This document shows positions 63,270 to 64,000 of a DNA stretch of 64,000 nucleotides, in pieces. Location of the stretch: positions 192,760,001 to 192,824,000 of the forward strand of contig NC_058368.1 in assembly GCF_018350175.1 (NCBI RefSeq), read 5' to 3'. This stretch comes from Felis catus (lineage: Eukaryota). Position numbers and translations under genes: made by a program. How positions within the stretch are numbered: the first letter of the stretch is position 1; each line of letters begins with the position of its first letter. Under the pieces are notes generated by a model. That model was not told where the DNA came from. It worked only from the letters and a program-made list of their open reading frames with translations, and made no database searches.

Positions 63270-64000
63270 CTATTATTTTGAACAATTTCAACAGAAAAGT
63301 TGTATGAATAATAAAAGGAACACCAGTATACCCTTCTCTTAGGTTTGCCACTTATTAGTATTTACCACATTTGCTCACCAACCTCTTTATACAGTTTTTG
63401 CTGAATCATGTGAAAGTAAATTGCAGACATCATGATGCTTGACCACTAAGTACTTCAGTACGCATTTCACAAGCAAAAGAACATTGTCCTATATAACCAC
63501 AATTCCATTACCACCTTGATATCAACTATTATCTAATATACACTCTGTATTCAAATTTTCCCACTGTCTCTCAAATTATTTTTATTAATTTTTTTAATTG
63601 GCACGAGTCACATAACATAAAATCCACCCTCTTAAATTGTACAACGTAGTAGTTTTTAGTAGTCTCACAAAATTGTGCAATCTTCACCACTAATTCTAGA
63701 CCATTCTCATCACCCCAAAAGGAAATTCTGTACCAGTATCAGCCACTCCCCATTTCTTCCTCCCCCCAGTCTTTGGGAACCACTAGTCTATGTTCTCTCT
63801 CTATGGATTTGCCTCTCCTGGACATTTCATATAAATGGAATCATGCAATAGGTGACCTTTTGTTTCTGGTTTCTTTCACTTAGCATAATGTTTCCAAGGT
63901 TCATTGTGTTGTAGCAGGTATCAGTCCCTCATTCCTTTCTACAGCCGAATGATATTCCACAGTACTACGGATAAACCAAATTTTGTGCATCCATTCATCA
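63270..64000 (-). mobile_element. Old L1 3' ends (L1MC-like, then L1MB-like from about 63590)
   Basis: Antisense L1 3' UTR motifs (ctctatggatttgcct...ggacatttcatataaatggaatcat); runs off the window. Confidence 0.82.

Larger units (their letters stand above)
1..64000 (-). other. GALNT10: GALNT10 transcription unit (partial): intron 1 (34322->64000), intron 2 (31752-34218), intron 3 (4743-31612), intron 4 (<1-4575)
   Basis: Exon order and phase. Neither exon 1 (TM-encoding, CpG island) nor exon 5 (HLKKPLEDY...) was found in the window. Confidence 0.9.

Noticed and set aside
1..64000. A novel multi-gene or prokaryote-like system, ncRNA gene or foreign insert
   Set aside because: Everything recognisable is explained by GALNT10 exons, mammalian repeats and unique intron. 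No miRNA/snoRNA could be supported by eye; an Infernal/Rfam scan would be needed to exclude one.

Overview
This is eukaryotic mammalian DNA. The carnivore-type tRNA-derived SINEs (Can-SINE, SINEC_Fc-like) and the L1 3' ends point to a carnivoran, probably a felid. The whole window lies inside one minus-strand gene, GALNT10 (polypeptide N-acetylgalactosaminyltransferase 10). Three coding exons are visible with canonical AG/GT boundaries and consistent phases: exon 2 (34219-34321), exon 3 (31613-31751) and exon 4 (4576-4742). The exon numbering comes from my recollection of the human gene, and exons 2 and 3 are missing from the supplied ORF track. The rest is intron, rich in repeats: 17 Can-SINEs, young and old L1, L2, MIR, MaLR LTRs, hAT-Charlie MERs and a deleted Tigger1. 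I found no novel multi-gene system. The most interesting signal is the splice architecture around exon 2. It has two competing acceptors, one of which creates an immediate stop depending on the length of a U-homopolymer. A palindromic tandem array of branch-point-like UACUAA motifs lies upstream and a (UG)14 tract lies downstream. Repeat family names and most repeat boundaries are by-eye estimates.
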